Assembly: GCA_050951805.1 (NCBI GenBank)
Contig: JBMNJT010000008.1
Location: forward strand, 32,001 to 96,000
Direction: 5' to 3'
Length of the DNA: 64,000 nucleotides
From: Bacillota bacterium
GTDB lineage: Bacteria > Bacillota > DTU025
Program-made: the position numbers and the translations under genes
Notes under the pieces: generated by a model
What the model was told of the DNA's origin: nothing
The model's input: only the letters and a program-made list of their open reading frames with translations
Databases searched by the model: none
Shown here: positions 19,843-31,285 of the stretch, one piece after another
Layout of the letters: every line of letters starts with the position of its first letter
How positions within the stretch are numbered: the first letter of the stretch is position 1

Positions 19843-20903
19843 GGCTGTGTTGCCTGCGAGGGTGGTTGCCTTTGAAGGCATATGGTGGAGTTTGTCAGGG
19901 CAAGGTGCGAGTCTTGCCAAGTTCTTATGCGACTTTCGGGTTTGCGTTCCTTGTACTTCAGGCTTCTGCCGCTCAATTGGCCCAAGGCATTTCCCCTGAG
20001 CTGCTTGGAAATGCTGGGAGGAACCTGTGCGGTCGTCTGCATACACCTTCGAGTGCATGCGGATACTGGATGACGTGTGCATTTTTGGGTTTGGGTTCGC
20101 TTTTCCGGACCATGCCTGAGGATCTATCTTTAGGGCTTTGCGCACACGTGGTGCGGTAGAGGCGGACTTTAGGAGGCAGTGCCATTTTCGTGGTCGGGAA
20201 AAGCGACTGGAAATTGGACAGTTGCGACCTTGAAATGTGTGCAAATGAACAGGGATGTCTAATTCCTAATTAGACCGCAACAAATCTCTGCACACCCCTC
20301 GAGTTTGTACTGCCGGTGTCTGCGACTTAGCCGGGGGACTGCTAAGGTCTTTACTTGTAAGTTTGGCCTCGGGTAGAAGCCTAGGGAAGCGCCGTGCGGC
20401 GTAAGGTTCGCCGCGGGTGCGAGCAGGTTTTACAGACCAGTCTAAAACTTTGACACCCGCGCCCGAAAAGCGACTAAATAATAGACACATTCCTTGAAGG
20501 CAATCCCAAGTCGCCTTTTCATATGAATGCATAAACTGCTGGAGCGCTAATATGGATCTCATGGTCGGGAGCGTATGCGCGTCGCTTTCGTGGTTGTAAA
20601 GAAGATGGTTGCCCGCGAGCGTCGAACCGGGATTTCGATCCACCCTGGCTTTGCCCCGAGGATCATACCCCGGCGCGGCTGAGTGCTGCGGGCATTTATG
20701 GCTAAGGCCAAGATGTGTACGTTGTCGATGTACAAATGCAAACCAATTATCGCACTCCGACATAGGTGCAAAGACGTGTCCACGCCTAGCAGACATCATA
20801 TGGCAGGCTAACCGATAGCGCAAAAACTTATGGGGAGTGACTTAGACAGGCTCTTGTAATCCCCTCGCTTTTTGCGCGAAGCTTTGCTTTTCCGTGGCAT
20901 TGC

Positions 20904-22217
20904 TCACTTCCCCAGGTATTTTGTTGAAATGCTCTCCGTAATTCCGTTGGCTTTGGCTATCTTCGCATACATCTCCGCACTTCTTCGGGGCGTCCTTTGC
21001 AGGTTCGGATCGGTCGGGTCAAGTTCGAAGAGGCCGAACTTCTGTGTGTATCCTGCACGCCATTCGAAGTTGTCTTGGAAGGTCCAATAAAAATAGCCGC
21101 GCACGTCAACGCCGCTGCCAATTGCGCGCCACATCTCCCGGAGGTGTTCAACGATGTAGCGCGGGCGCATCGAGTCGTTGGCATCGGCCACTCCATTTTC
21201 AGTGATGTATACTGGGATACGAAGTTTCCCGAGTTCCACAAGGCAATTGTATATCCCCTCTGGGCAAACCGCCCAGCCGAAATCGTTGAGCTCTGTGCCT
21301 CTCGGGAAGACTTCTTGGCTGAAGGCGTTGGAGATGCCGTTTGGGCGGAAAGCTACGGTCCGTCTGGTGTAATAGTTGAGTCCCATGTATGTGAGGGATC
21401 CAGCCAAACCCGGGATAGGTTTTCCGTCGCCGAATGGGCCCGGCATTCGTCCTGTGACTAGGGCTTCTATGTATGAGCTGTTCCAGGACTTGGACTGGTA
21501 TTTCGCTATGGCGCGATCAAACGGGCTGTGGCTGGCAGGGGCGAAGTCCGTCATGTTGTGGGCTATGCCAATAAGTGGCCTGCTGTTCGGGTCGGCGCTT
21601 TTGCTACCGCCCTCACAGATGATTGAGTAGGCGCCTGCGTGGGCGGTCAAGAGGTGACGGGTGACTCGGCGGGCGGCTCTGAGGGATCGCTTTTCGGGCG
21701 GAAACTCGCCGGTCACGTAAGAGAACATAGTGTAGACGTTGGGTTCATTCAAAGTGCACCAAAGGAGGGGGTACTTGCCGAGCCGGTTTACGACCTCTTG
21801 CACGAAGCGGAGGAATGCATCGCATGTTGCGGGATTTTCCCACCCGTCCTGGTCAGCCACCCATTTTGGCAGCACCCAGTGGTAAAGAGTGAGGCAAATT
21901 GCGATTCCCTTTTCGGACAGAGATTCCATCATTGCTTCATAGTGGGCAAAGGCGGCATCATCCCACATGCCGGGGCGCGGCTCCACTCGGGCCCATTCAA
22001 CTCCCATCCTGTAGGCGTTGAGCCCCATGGACTTCATGGTCGCGTAGTCTTCCTCGTATCTGTTCCACGCGTCGCAGGCCCGGCCTGATGTGAGGCCGCC
22101 TTCGATCTTCCCGGGTTCCCATGCCCACCAGTCGCTTGCGGTGTTGTTGCCCTCTACTTGATGTCCGGATGTTGCTACGCCCCACAAGAAATCTTCAGGA
22201 AAGGAAAGGCTATTCAC
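20904..22217 (-). CDS. Glycoside hydrolase family 1 (beta-glucosidase/beta-galactosidase)
   Basis: FLWGVATSGHQVEG, TLNEP, ITENG, DNFEW; GGAGG ribosome-binding site before GTG 22217. Confidence 0.93.
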   Translation of the reverse strand: MNSLSFPEDFLWGVATSGHQVEGNNTASDWWAWEPGKIEGGLTSGRACDAWNRYEEDYATMKSMGLNAYRMGVEWARVEPRPGMWDDAAFAHYEAMMESLSEKGIAICLTLYHWVLPKWVADQDGWENPATCDAFLRFVQEVVNRLGKYPLLWCTLNEPNVYTMFSYVTGEFPPEKRSLRAARRVTRHLLTAHAGAYSIICEGGSKSADPNSRPLIGIAHNMTDFAPASHSPFDRAIAKYQSKSWNSSYIEALVTGRMPGPFGDGKPIPGLAGSLTYMGLNYYTRRTVAFRPNGISNAFSQEVFPRGTELNDFGWAVCPEGIYNCLVELGKLRIPVYITENGVADANDSMRPRYIVEHLREMWRAIGSGVDVRGYFYWTFQDNFEWRAGYTQKFGLFELDPTDPNLQRTPRRSAEMYAKIAKANGITESISTKYLGK

Positions 22218-22390
22218 TGATGCCACCTCCTGGTGTGCAGATTCGCCTGATGCGTCCATACTCCTCCATGCGTGCGACTGCAAACCGCCATGGCATAGGG
22301 CGCATCCGGCGACCTTATGAAATGCGGATATGGCGGCGGGTTGGCAGGAAAGACCGAGGATGTCCGAGAAAGATGATGAGAAAGACGGAC

Positions 22391-23524
22391 ATGGACAAGG
22401 GGGATGATCTGTTGTCAACGACATCTTCGGGGAGGAAGGGCAGCGGTAGGCCTGTCCGTTTGGAGCCGATCACATGGGATGGCAACAAGCGAGTGGTCCG
22501 CCTCATCGACCAGACTCTCCTTCCAACTGAACTAAGATACATCGAAATATCAGCTATGGACGCGATGTGCGAGGCTATAGCGGAGCTCAGAGTGCGCGGG
22601 GCGCCAGCGATTGGGATAGCGGGCGCGTTCGGTGTCTACTTGGGGGTTGCTAACAGGAGCTTTTCGTCTGAAAAAGAGTTTTTTGAGGTCCTCGATGGTG
22701 TCTGCTCCGAGGTGGCGTGCGTGCGGCCGACGGCAGTGAACTTGGCATGGGCTGTCAAGCGGGTGAAGCGCGTGGCCGGGGAGGTTGCGGATAGCGCCTA
22801 TAGTCGCGGAGAGAGGGCGGACCCGGAGGCACTTGTGGAGGCTATCCTGAGCGAGGCCATAATCATGATAGACGAGGACAACAAGGTATGCAGGGCGATA
22901 GGGGAGTACGGTGCGAGTCTCATACCTGACGGCGCATCTATTCTGACCCACTGCAACGCCGGGGCCCTGGCCACTGCAGGCTGGGGGACAGCCTTAGCGG
23001 CTCTTTATGTGGCCCAGGAGCAAGGCAAGGAGTTTAGAGTCTGGGCGGATGAGACTAGGCCGCTTTTGCAGGGATCGCGTCTTACGGCTTTTGAGCTGAT
23101 GGAGGCGGGGATAGATGTAACGGTCATATGCGACAACATGGCTGCCTCTTTGATGGGCAGGGGCGAGATCGACTTGGTCATTCTCGGGGCCGACCGTGTT
23201 GCCGCCAATGGGGATGTATGCAACAAGATCGGGACATATGGAGTTGCTTGTCTTGCGCACATGCACGACATTCCGTTCTTCGTGGCATGCCCCACGTCCA
23301 CCTTTGACTTGTCGCTTGCCAGCGGAGCGGAGATTCCCATAGAACAAAGGAACCCGCGGGAAGTGACCCACGGGTTCGGAAAGCAGACTGCTCCTGATGG
23401 TGTGAAGGTTTATAACCCGGCTTTCGATGTGACACCGCACAATCTCATGTCGGCGATCATCACGGAGCGGGGGATAGTTCGCGCGCCATACGGGCCGGGG
23501 CTTGCTGCTATAGTGCGCGACTGA
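22391..23524 (+). CDS. mtnA: S-methyl-5-thioribose-1-phosphate isomerase (start approximate)
   Basis: DQTLLP, VRGAPAIG, RPTAVNL, THCNAG, ETRP, NKIGT. Confidence 0.93.
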   Translation: MDKGDDLLSTTSSGRKGSGRPVRLEPITWDGNKRVVRLIDQTLLPTELRYIEISAMDAMCEAIAELRVRGAPAIGIAGAFGVYLGVANRSFSSEKEFFEVLDGVCSEVACVRPTAVNLAWAVKRVKRVAGEVADSAYSRGERADPEALVEAILSEAIIMIDEDNKVCRAIGEYGASLIPDGASILTHCNAGALATAGWGTALAALYVAQEQGKEFRVWADETRPLLQGSRLTAFELMEAGIDVTVICDNMAASLMGRGEIDLVILGADRVAANGDVCNKIGTYGVACLAHMHDIPFFVACPTSTFDLSLASGAEIPIEQRNPREVTHGFGKQTAPDGVKVYNPAFDVTPHNLMSAIITERGIVRAPYGPGLAAIVRD

Positions 23525-24512
23525 CTTCCAAGAATACGAGATCGGACGATACCGACCGGAGTGCATAATCAGGGCAGCTCGCAGGTATCAATACTGATGA
23601 TCCGGGGCGTACGGAAATGTGCGCCCTTTCATCTTCTCCCCATGCCACCTCTCCTGTACCCCCGAGGAACAGGAAGGCAGTGAACGAAGAGGGCGATGGG
23701 CGCCGTTCCCATCTGCCGCAGCACCTTGCGAGTTGGACGTCGAAGCCTGCGAACGAGCCTATGGATACGCCCGAGTTTGGCGACGCCATTTTCGGCTGCG
23801 TAATCTCCGGCGGGCGTGAATAGTCGATCACTTCTAGCGCTTGGTCGATGTGGAGCTCGCGAGGCTTTCCGTCAAGGCCTGGCCTGTTGTAGTCCCAGAT
23901 GCGGTAGACCGTGTCGGAGCTTTGTTGGACTTCTGCGACCACAAGACCTGCGCCTAGGGCGTGGATGGTCCCGGGCGGTATGGCAATGACGTCTCCGGCT
24001 GAAACTTGTACCTCGTTGAGGTAATCCATTACGGATCCGCTTTTCGCGGCCTCAGCGAATTCCCTTGGGCTGATGCCTTCTTTGAGGCCATACACTATTG
24101 AGGCTCCTGGATCTGCTTCAAGAACCAGCCACATTTCGGATTTGGCCGATGCTTCCAGGTGTGTTGCTGCATATTCTTCACCCGGATGCACCTGGACAGA
24201 GAGGTCATCGTTGGAGTTGAGGAGCTTGATGAGGAGGGGAAACTTGCAGCACTGCGGCGGGTCGGAATAGTCCTGGTCGGCCCAAGCCTTGCCGATTACG
24301 TCTTCTCCATACTCCGTAAGGAGCTCAGGAATGGTCTTCCCTGCCAGGTATCCGTTTTCTGTAGGGGTCAGCCCGTGTGGATGGGCTGAAAGGACCCATG
24401 CTTCCCCTATGGGCCCATCAGGGATTACGGGAAACCATGATTCGAAACGACGTCCTCCCCAGATTTTCTCTTTGAATAAAGGAATGAATGATAGCGGATA
24501 GAGTCTGTTCAA
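23508..24512 (-). CDS. manA: Class I mannose-6-phosphate isomerase
   Basis: KIWGG, IGEAW, LSVQVHP, KSEMW, GTIHA, QQSSDTVYR. Confidence 0.88.
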   Translation of the reverse strand: MNRLYPLSFIPLFKEKIWGGRRFESWFPVIPDGPIGEAWVLSAHPHGLTPTENGYLAGKTIPELLTEYGEDVIGKAWADQDYSDPPQCCKFPLLIKLLNSNDDLSVQVHPGEEYAATHLEASAKSEMWLVLEADPGASIVYGLKEGISPREFAEAAKSGSVMDYLNEVQVSAGDVIAIPPGTIHALGAGLVVAEVQQSSDTVYRIWDYNRPGLDGKPRELHIDQALEVIDYSRPPEITQPKMASPNSGVSIGSFAGFDVQLARCCGRWERRPSPSSFTAFLFLGGTGEVAWGEDERAHISVRPGSSVLIPASCPDYALRSVSSDLVFLEVSRAL

Positions 24513-24632
24513 TCTCAAACACCTCACAGTGCTAACTACATCTTACTGTTAGGGATTGGGTCGGTCAACATTGGATGGGTTGCAGCTGGGGGTAAAGACG
24601 TCAAGGCAGGGTGGGTGGAAAACTGTCCGTAG

Positions 24633-24885
24633 TTGATCCTAAAGCACTCTCAGCCCGTATTAGTCTTTGCAGCTAAGTGTCTGGAAAATGGGGAATTCTA
24701 TGCTTTGACTCGCAGGGAACAATGGAAGCGTTGGCGAACGAGAATTTCCCATTTTGCACTGTATTGTAATTGGGGGCCTTTGGCCATGACGTGCTTGGCA
24801 TCTCGGAAAGTTGTCCAGGAATCAGCGACGATGATCTTCTCGAACTGGCCAGGTCGCAAGGGAGATTAATCCTCAATAACGAATT
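24633..24885 (+). pseudogene. Decayed DUF433/DUF5615 (PIN-like) toxin-antitoxin remnant
   Basis: LANENFP..*LGAFGHDVLGISESCPGISDDDLLELARSQGRLIL with an internal stop; upstream LVFAAKCL weakly resembles a DUF433 end. Confidence 0.55.
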
Positions 24886-25194
24886 CACTGATGTATGGCT
24901 GCATTCAGATGCTTGTCATTTCTCTTTTCCAGTGTGCTCCGCTTTCCTGTGTGGGCCTTGAGATCCGTGATCTGTGTTGATCATGCAAGGTGTTAGCGAA
25001 GTGCAGCTACCAAGACATGCTTGGGGAGGCTGGAAAACCTATGCCTTGAGGTCCTCTAGTGATATAGTTATAAGTGGTATAGTTTCGGGGATTATGCAAT
25101 GGTAATGGCATTATCGTTGCCCTGGTCAACGCGGTCAGGGCACCGCTTCTCGCACGGGAGCGCGGATTGAGACAAGCAAACGGGGGGTTAGCTT

Positions 25195-26373
25195 ATGCCT
25201 AAACTAGATTTTCTGGCGCAGGAACTCGAGTCCTTGCACGAACAGAATTTGTTCAATGTGATAAGGACGATTGAGGGGCCGCAGGGCGGCTGGATTGTAG
25301 TGGACGGCAAGAGGGTTTTGAACCTTTGCTCCAACAACTACTTGGGGTTTGCCGACCATCCCGAGCTCAAGAGCGCAGCTAAGAAAGGCATAGACCAGTA
25401 TGGTGTTGGCCCCGGGGCGGTCAGGTCGATTGCGGGCACTCAGAGCATCCATCTTGAGCTCGAACGGAAACTCGCGGAATTCAAGCACGCGGAAGCCTGC
25501 ATAGTCCTTCAGGGTGGGTTCGTGGCGAACCTTGCTGTTATTCCAGCGATTACGGGTGACGGCGATATCATCTTTTCGGATGAGCTCAACCATGCCAGCA
25601 TTATCGATGGTTGCAGGCTGTCAAAGGCGAAGGTGGTCCGGTATGCCCACAATGACACTGCGGACCTGAAGAACAAGATCATGGAGCACAAGGATTCTGC
25701 CCGCAGGATGCTGATCATCACGGACGGGGTGTTCAGCATGGACGGGGACATCGCACCTCTTCCCGAGATCGTTGAGGTTGCAGACGAGTTCGGCGCTATG
25801 GTGATGGCGGACGACGCTCACGGCGAAGGGGTCCTCGGAGACAGCGGTCGGGGTATCGTCAACCATTTCAATCTGGAAGGCAAGGTAGAGATCGAGGTGG
25901 GCACGCTGTCGAAGGCTTTCGGCGTCATGGGAGGATACATAACTGGGCCCAAGGTCCTCATCGATTATCTAAAGCAGAAGGGGCGTCCGTTCCTGTTCAG
26001 TTCCGGCCTTACGGCTGCGGATACCGCTGCAGCAATTGCGGCCGTTGATGTTCTCGTCGAAAGCGATGAGCTTGTCAGGAAGTTGTGGGACAACGCTGCA
26101 TACTTCCAGAAGGGTTTGAAGGAAGCCGGGTTTGACATAGGCAAGACCCAAACGCCCATAACCCCCGTAATGCTCGGCGACGAAGGAACTGCAGTGACGT
26201 TCTCGAAAAAGCTATTCGATAAGGGGATTTTTGCCCAGTCGATAGCCTACCCGACTGTGGCAAAGGGCAAGGCGAGGATAAGGTGCATGCTGTCGGCGGC
26301 GCACCAGAAGGAAGACTTGGATTTCGCCCTCGCTACATTCACCGAGGTGGCCAAGGAGATGGGGGTTCTCTAG
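25195..26373 (+). CDS. kbl: Glycine C-acetyltransferase / 8-amino-7-oxononanoate synthase family (PLP)
   Basis: [31 protein letters not shown]. Confidence 0.85.
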   Translation: MPKLDFLAQELESLHEQNLFNVIRTIEGPQGGWIVVDGKRVLNLCSNNYLGFADHPELKSAAKKGIDQYGVGPGAVRSIAGTQSIHLELERKLAEFKHAEACIVLQGGFVANLAVIPAITGDGDIIFSDELNHASIIDGCRLSKAKVVRYAHNDTADLKNKIMEHKDSARRMLIITDGVFSMDGDIAPLPEIVEVADEFGAMVMADDAHGEGVLGDSGRGIVNHFNLEGKVEIEVGTLSKAFGVMGGYITGPKVLIDYLKQKGRPFLFSSGLTAADTAAAIAAVDVLVESDELVRKLWDNAAYFQKGLKEAGFDIGKTQTPITPVMLGDEGTAVTFSKKLFDKGIFAQSIAYPTVAKGKARIRCMLSAAHQKEDLDFALATFTEVAKEMGVL

Positions 26374-27015
26374 CGGCGACCCTGCGGCATATATAGGCGC
26401 CTCTCGGCATGACATTTCTGCAAGGCAGCTTGTGGACATTGGAGTCGTGATGGGAGGCGCTTTCACATTCAAACATCTATCTTTTGTGAGAAGTATCTCT
26501 GAAAATGTGCCTGAGCGATACGCTGAGCGCCCAGCTGTGATAGCCTGGGCGTTTCGCGTCAGGTGTTGGCAATCTGACAGCTCGAATAAGAGTAATCATG
26601 TTCTGAAGAGATGGCTTTGAATTATTGCATGGCATTAGTGACGATCATACAAAAGCGTAATACCTCACGAGTCAAACATGCATGGAGCTGGGCAAGCGAT
26701 GAATAGTCTAGAAAATTGACACTATTAGGAGCCGATGGTATATTGATATCGCATTGAAATGGCAGGAATGCCAGTACATCTGACTTTTGCAGAAACTGAT
26801 TGGCTTTTGATAGGCAAGAGATGTCTTACTGTATGTCCAGGAATATAACGAATCGGGGCCATAGGCTCTGGTTATTCTACTGCATATATTTCTGTCAGTA
26901 TCATAGGCATGAGATCAAAAAGATGATGCTGAAGGCGGGCATTGCGACTGCTAAGGTTGCAGTCGTTCTGAAGTCCGACCTGACACAGGCTTACAATGTC
27001 AAGGAGGGCGTTAGG

Positions 27016-27059
27016 GTGCATACCGTGGCTATATGGGGAGCTGGCCATATGGGCCGGAC
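27016..27059 (+). pseudogene. N-terminal stub of an NAD(P)-binding oxidoreductase cut by an IS21 end
   Basis: AGGAGG ribosome-binding site, then VHTVAIWGAGHMGR (Rossmann GxGxxG) immediately before the IS end. Confidence 0.55.
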
Positions 27060-27262
27060 TGTTTTCGGCATAATAGAAATACAGAGAACGGCAGCGAAAA
27101 TGTCACAGGAGAAATCGAAGATTAAAAAGGCATAACCACCACGCCACAAGAATACCTCCCTAGATTTGGCTGTGACCAATCGGGGAGGTAACGTGGAGTG
27201 ATCGCTATGCCTGTACAGTATTATATCAAGCATGCCTTCGAAAACGAAGGTGCATCTATCAG
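27060..27262 (+). mobile_element. IS21 left-end remnant (left inverted repeat plus the first ~22 istA codons)
   Basis: Inverted copy of 34555-34757 with 4 mismatches counted by eye. Confidence 0.92.
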
Positions 27263-28899
27263 GAGGCATTTGCGTTGTAGCCGATTTCTCGCGCATGCCA
27301 GTTGCATAATTTGTCAAAAGCAGCTTCCTCCCTGGCAATGAAGCAGTCTCATTTGCCGAGGTAGGCGTCAACAGGCTGTTTTCAGCTCGCTATGGGAAAA
27401 ATGGGCACCTTAAACTAACCGCACTGGCATCTCATTGTTCAGTTCATCAAAGGCTGCTTTTATGCAGCCTGGACAAGGCTACGGAGTTTGTCCCCTTGTT
27501 TCGTTTTTATCCTGCCCAAAGCCATTGCAAGCATTGTTATAAGGGCTAGTGAGCATCTGAGGTTCATTTTCCTAAGCCCGCGGACACAATGGTCTTCAAA
27601 ACCGAAGACCCGGTCTATCCTGCTGTTTACCCGTTCCACTGCGGTGCGCTTGTTATAAATCTTTTTCCACTTGGCGCTTGGCCTCGCAACCGGAGTGAAC
27701 ACCCTTCTATCTTCACATAATGGGATCCGTACTCCACTTTTGACTGGGCAGGCGTCTTTGCCCCGGCATTCCACACCATAGTATTTGGCAGGGCAGAGGC
27801 ACTTCAAGGCGTCACGATCCTTCTCAAAGCCCCCCGGAACCATCTCGCGCCTTCTATTGTCTTCGGGTGAGTAGCAGTAGACGGTCCCTTTGTAATCGTA
27901 GACCACGTTTTCTCTGCCGGTAACCAGCTTTGTCCTCCCCGTCCTCCGGCGCGGCGATGCGGCGCGCGTCCCAGGGCGCACGGGCGCGCCTTGTCGCCGG
28001 AGTGCACCGTCCGATTCCGGCAGCCAGCGCCTTCGCACTAGAGTGCGCGCCTCCTTTATCTCGCTCCTCGACGCCTGCGTAACCCGAAAAGCTACAGGCA
28101 GCTCGTAGTTGGCGTCCACAATAAGATGCAGTTTATATCCGAACTAGCTCATGGTCTTCTCCCATACGCTGCCATCCTTGTTCTTGCCTTTATATGTTTT
28201 CACTCCGAAATTCGCATCTATGTCCCGGCGCCCATCATAAGGTTTTTCGCTCTCGGCACGTCTTGGCTTTGCGTAGCTCTCCAGCGCTTTCCCGTCTATA
28301 GCAAGCGTCTCCCCAAAGTCCGGGAGTTCGTCGCATAACATCCTTACCAGGTTATCGAACATCTCATCGAGTTCTTTTTGGTGCGTCATCAGTCTCCTCA
28401 AAAACCGCGTGTACGCCGATGATGAAGGGACTCCTTCTACGCCCAGGGTGATGTCAAAGCCACAAACCTGGCGGAGCTGTGCGTTTCTCGATAATTCCCT
28501 GCGAAGGCTCTCGATAGTTGGATGCTGGAACACAATGCCTGCCAATACTGAATTCCATACTGCTCTGACCGGATAGTCATTCCTGCCATTGGCCCGTTCG
28601 TTCTCTAGCGCCTGCATCAACTCTTCATCAGGCAGGTAATCTATAACAAGCTTCAACCGCTCCAAATCGCCCAATTCCTCGACCTCGTCCCACTTGAACA
28701 GCTGCTTCTGTGGTATAATTGCCATGAAGGTAACCCCCTGTGTCTCCGTTGTTAGCGCTACTTACAACATTTGACACTTTGGGCTGGTTGCCTTCATTTT
28801 TCTCGCCGCAAAACGGGCTTTTCCCATGGGGGAAACGGTCTTTTAGCCGCCTTTCAAACCCGCGTTATCGTGGGCTTTCGTTACATCGAAAATGGCTTC
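27263..28899 (-). mobile_element. Defective IS1182-like (DUF772/DDE) insertion sequence
   Basis: Imperfect terminal repeats GAGGCATTTGCGTTGTAGC versus GAAGCCATTTTCGATGTAAC (reverse complement of the right end) enclosing a transposase. Confidence 0.75.
27460..28725 (-). pseudogene. DDE transposase pseudogene
   Basis: GRNDYPV, LAIDGK, TMS*FGYKLHL (TAG at an expected Trp), garbled centre, RTAVERVNSR. Confidence 0.85.
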
Positions 28900-29109
28900 A
28901 GCATATGTCTACAGAAAGAGGTGGCCAAAGAGGTTGTGGGACGGGTCTATAGCCTGGATATGAGCCTGAGCAATGGGGCGATGATATTCTCTATTGTGAT
29001 GACCACGGCTCTGGGAGACGGCTTTTTTAAACACTGCTCTTATCCTGACATTTGTAGGCTTTGTCATCGCAATCAGTCTGTATGGTTCAAGCAAGATGGC
29101 TGCGCTTGA
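28900..29109 (+). pseudogene. C-terminal remnant of an MFS transporter
   Basis: LQKEVAKEVVGRVYSL resembles the MFS Q-x-x-x-P-x-x-x-x-GR motif; truncated at the IS end. Confidence 0.5.
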
Positions 29110-29157
29110 CCAGGAAGCGTAAGGAATATTGCAAATAGCACGAGGAAGTAAAGGGGG

Positions 29158-30093
29158 ATGGAAAGCGTGGACCTGATTCTTGATGTTAGAAACTTGGCCC
29201 GAAGTTTCGGCCCCAAGAAGGCTGTTGACGGCATCAGCTTTGGGGTGCCCCGTGGAGAGATCATGGGGCTGCTCGGTCCGAACGGGGCCGGCAAAACTAC
29301 TGCTATCCGCATGATCATGGGCATCCTCGTGCCGGATGCCGGCGAGATAAGCTTCGATTTCGACGGGCACCCCCAGGCACTTGACAAAAGCAAGATCGGC
29401 TACCTGCCTGAAGAGAGGGGTCTTTACGAGGATGTCAAAGTCTGCGACAATTTGGTCTATTTGGCCAGCTTGAAGGGGCTACCTGCCGAGGAGGCGCGGC
29501 GGGAGGCGCTACGATGGCTGGACCGGCTCGATCTGGGCGAATATGCTGATCAAAAGCTAGAGAAGCTCTCCAAGGGGATGCAGCAGAAGGTGCAGTTTGT
29601 GGCCTCAGTGCTGCACCGGCCAGAGTTGGTTCTCTTTGACGAGCCTTTTGCAGGACTCGATCCGGTGAACCAGGACTTATTCAAAGGGCTCATTCGAGAG
29701 CTTCAGGCCGGCGGGACCACCGTGCTGCTTTCTGCGCACCAGATGAACTTGGTCGAGGAACTCTGCGATTCGATCTTCCTGATCAATCACGGTCGCGAGG
29801 TTCTTTCGGGCAAGCTTGAGGAGATCAAAGAGAGCTACAAAGAGAATATTGTCGAGCTCCGTTATGATGCGACCGAAGAGGGCGACTTCCTCAAGATAAT
29901 TCCTGGGCTGCGAGTACTGAGGGAGCAGCCGGGGCTGGCGGTTATGCGCTACAGTGGCAATGACGTCAACGCTTTGCTGCAGGAGTTTGCATCGAGGCTG
30001 ACTGTCAACGCGATCACAGTGGAAAAACCGCCGCTGCATGAGATCTTCGTTGAGACCGTTCGCGAAAGGGGTGAGGATGTTGAAGTGGCCTAA
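29158..30093 (+). CDS. ABC-2 type exporter ATP-binding protein (NatA/YhaQ-like)
   Basis: GPNGAGKTT, GYLPEERGLY, LSKGMQQK, DEPF. Confidence 0.92.
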   Translation: MESVDLILDVRNLARSFGPKKAVDGISFGVPRGEIMGLLGPNGAGKTTAIRMIMGILVPDAGEISFDFDGHPQALDKSKIGYLPEERGLYEDVKVCDNLVYLASLKGLPAEEARREALRWLDRLDLGEYADQKLEKLSKGMQQKVQFVASVLHRPELVLFDEPFAGLDPVNQDLFKGLIRELQAGGTTVLLSAHQMNLVEELCDSIFLINHGREVLSGKLEEIKESYKENIVELRYDATEEGDFLKIIPGLRVLREQPGLAVMRYSGNDVNALLQEFASRLTVNAITVEKPPLHEIFVETVRERGEDVEVA

Positions 30094-31285
30094 CGTGAAG
30101 AGAGTCTTTCGTTGGGAGTTTCTCAAGAACCTGAGAAGCCCGCTTTTCGTGGTAACAACGCTGATGATCCCGTTGATCATGCTGCTGTCAGTCGGTATCA
30201 GCTATTATGCCGGCACCAGGACTACCCAAGCCAAACTGGACGTTGCAGTGATTGACGAGACCGGGGAGCTCTTTCCCTATCTGGAATCAGCCTTTTCGAG
30301 CACGTCGGTCACGTTAAGCCTGAGTGAGCCTGCACAGCAGGAACGTCTGGCAGGTCAGGTGGAGGAAGGCGAGCTCAGCGGCTACCTTATTTTTACCCCG
30401 GAGAACGTGCAGACTGGGGTCATCGATTACTACGTCCTTTCCGCCAACGATGTGAATGTGGGGCTTCTCGACAGGCCGGTCAAAACAGCGCTGACTTCGT
30501 ACCGGTTAGAGAAAATGGGGCTTACAGTAGAGGAAATCGGGCTGGCTACTGCGCCGATGGTTCTGCAACCTCGCAGCATAAGCGGTGAAGGGATCTCGAT
30601 AGTTGGGGCGATCGCTCCCTTTGTTGTCAGCATAATTCTGCTCATTGCCGTGATGACCTCGGGGCAGGTGCTCATGTACGGGGTGCTCAAAGAGAAGCGG
30701 AACCGTATTGTGGAGATACTGCTCTCGTCGGTTTCCGCAGTTGATCTGCTGCTCGGCAAGATTTTAGGCCTTGGCCTTCTAGGTGTGCTGCAGATCGGGA
30801 TCTGGATGGTGGTGGGGCTTGTTGCGGCCAGCCGCTTCATCGACCTGAGCCAACTGGGGATGACCGCAGGGGCTATTCTCCCCATGCTTCTTTTCCTCAT
30901 TGGGGGCTACATCATGTTTGCCGCCCTCTTTGCGGCCATTGGAGCAACGATGAAAAGCGTTGAGGAGGGCAGCCAGGCGCAGTCCACCGTCGTTCTCATC
31001 CCGATGATCCCAATGTTTGCTTCCAGCGCGATCATCATGTCGCCCAATGCGCTTTGGGTGCGGATCTGCAGTCATATACCGGTCTTCACGCCAGTGATGA
31101 TGCTGATGCGCCTCTCGGTTACGACCGTGCCGGCGTGGGAGATAGCAACTACTTTTGCCGCTTTGATGTTGGGGTTGGTTTTCTTTGTCATATTCGGCGC
31201 ACGCATCTTCAGCCGTGGTCTGCTGCAATTCGATCGGACGCTCTCTTTTAGAGAGATAGAGAGAATGATGCGTAAAGATTACTAG
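30077..31285 (+). CDS. ABC-2 type exporter permease (NatB/YhaP-like)
   Basis: EKRNRIVEILLSSV, LLGKILG, about six transmembrane segments. Confidence 0.9.
   Translation: MLKWPNVKRVFRWEFLKNLRSPLFVVTTLMIPLIMLLSVGISYYAGTRTTQAKLDVAVIDETGELFPYLESAFSSTSVTLSLSEPAQQERLAGQVEEGELSGYLIFTPENVQTGVIDYYVLSANDVNVGLLDRPVKTALTSYRLEKMGLTVEEIGLATAPMVLQPRSISGEGISIVGAIAPFVVSIILLIAVMTSGQVLMYGVLKEKRNRIVEILLSSVSAVDLLLGKILGLGLLGVLQIGIWMVVGLVAASRFIDLSQLGMTAGAILPMLLFLIGGYIMFAALFAAIGATMKSVEEGSQAQSTVVLIPMIPMFASSAIIMSPNALWVRICSHIPVFTPVMMLMRLSVTTVPAWEIATTFAALMLGLVFFVIFGARIFSRGLLQFDRTLSFREIERMMRKDY

Noticed and set aside
22218-22390. SAM riboswitch upstream of mtnA
   Set aside because: A hairpin is present but the SAM-I core motifs are missing.
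25090-25194. Glycine riboswitch upstream of kbl
   Set aside because: Only two short hairpins; the aptamer motifs are absent and the leader is too short.
28144-28146. In-frame TAG in the transposase as pyrrolysine or read-through
   Set aside because: It sits at an expected Trp (TGG to TAG) in an otherwise damaged gene, so it is best read as a plain nonsense change.
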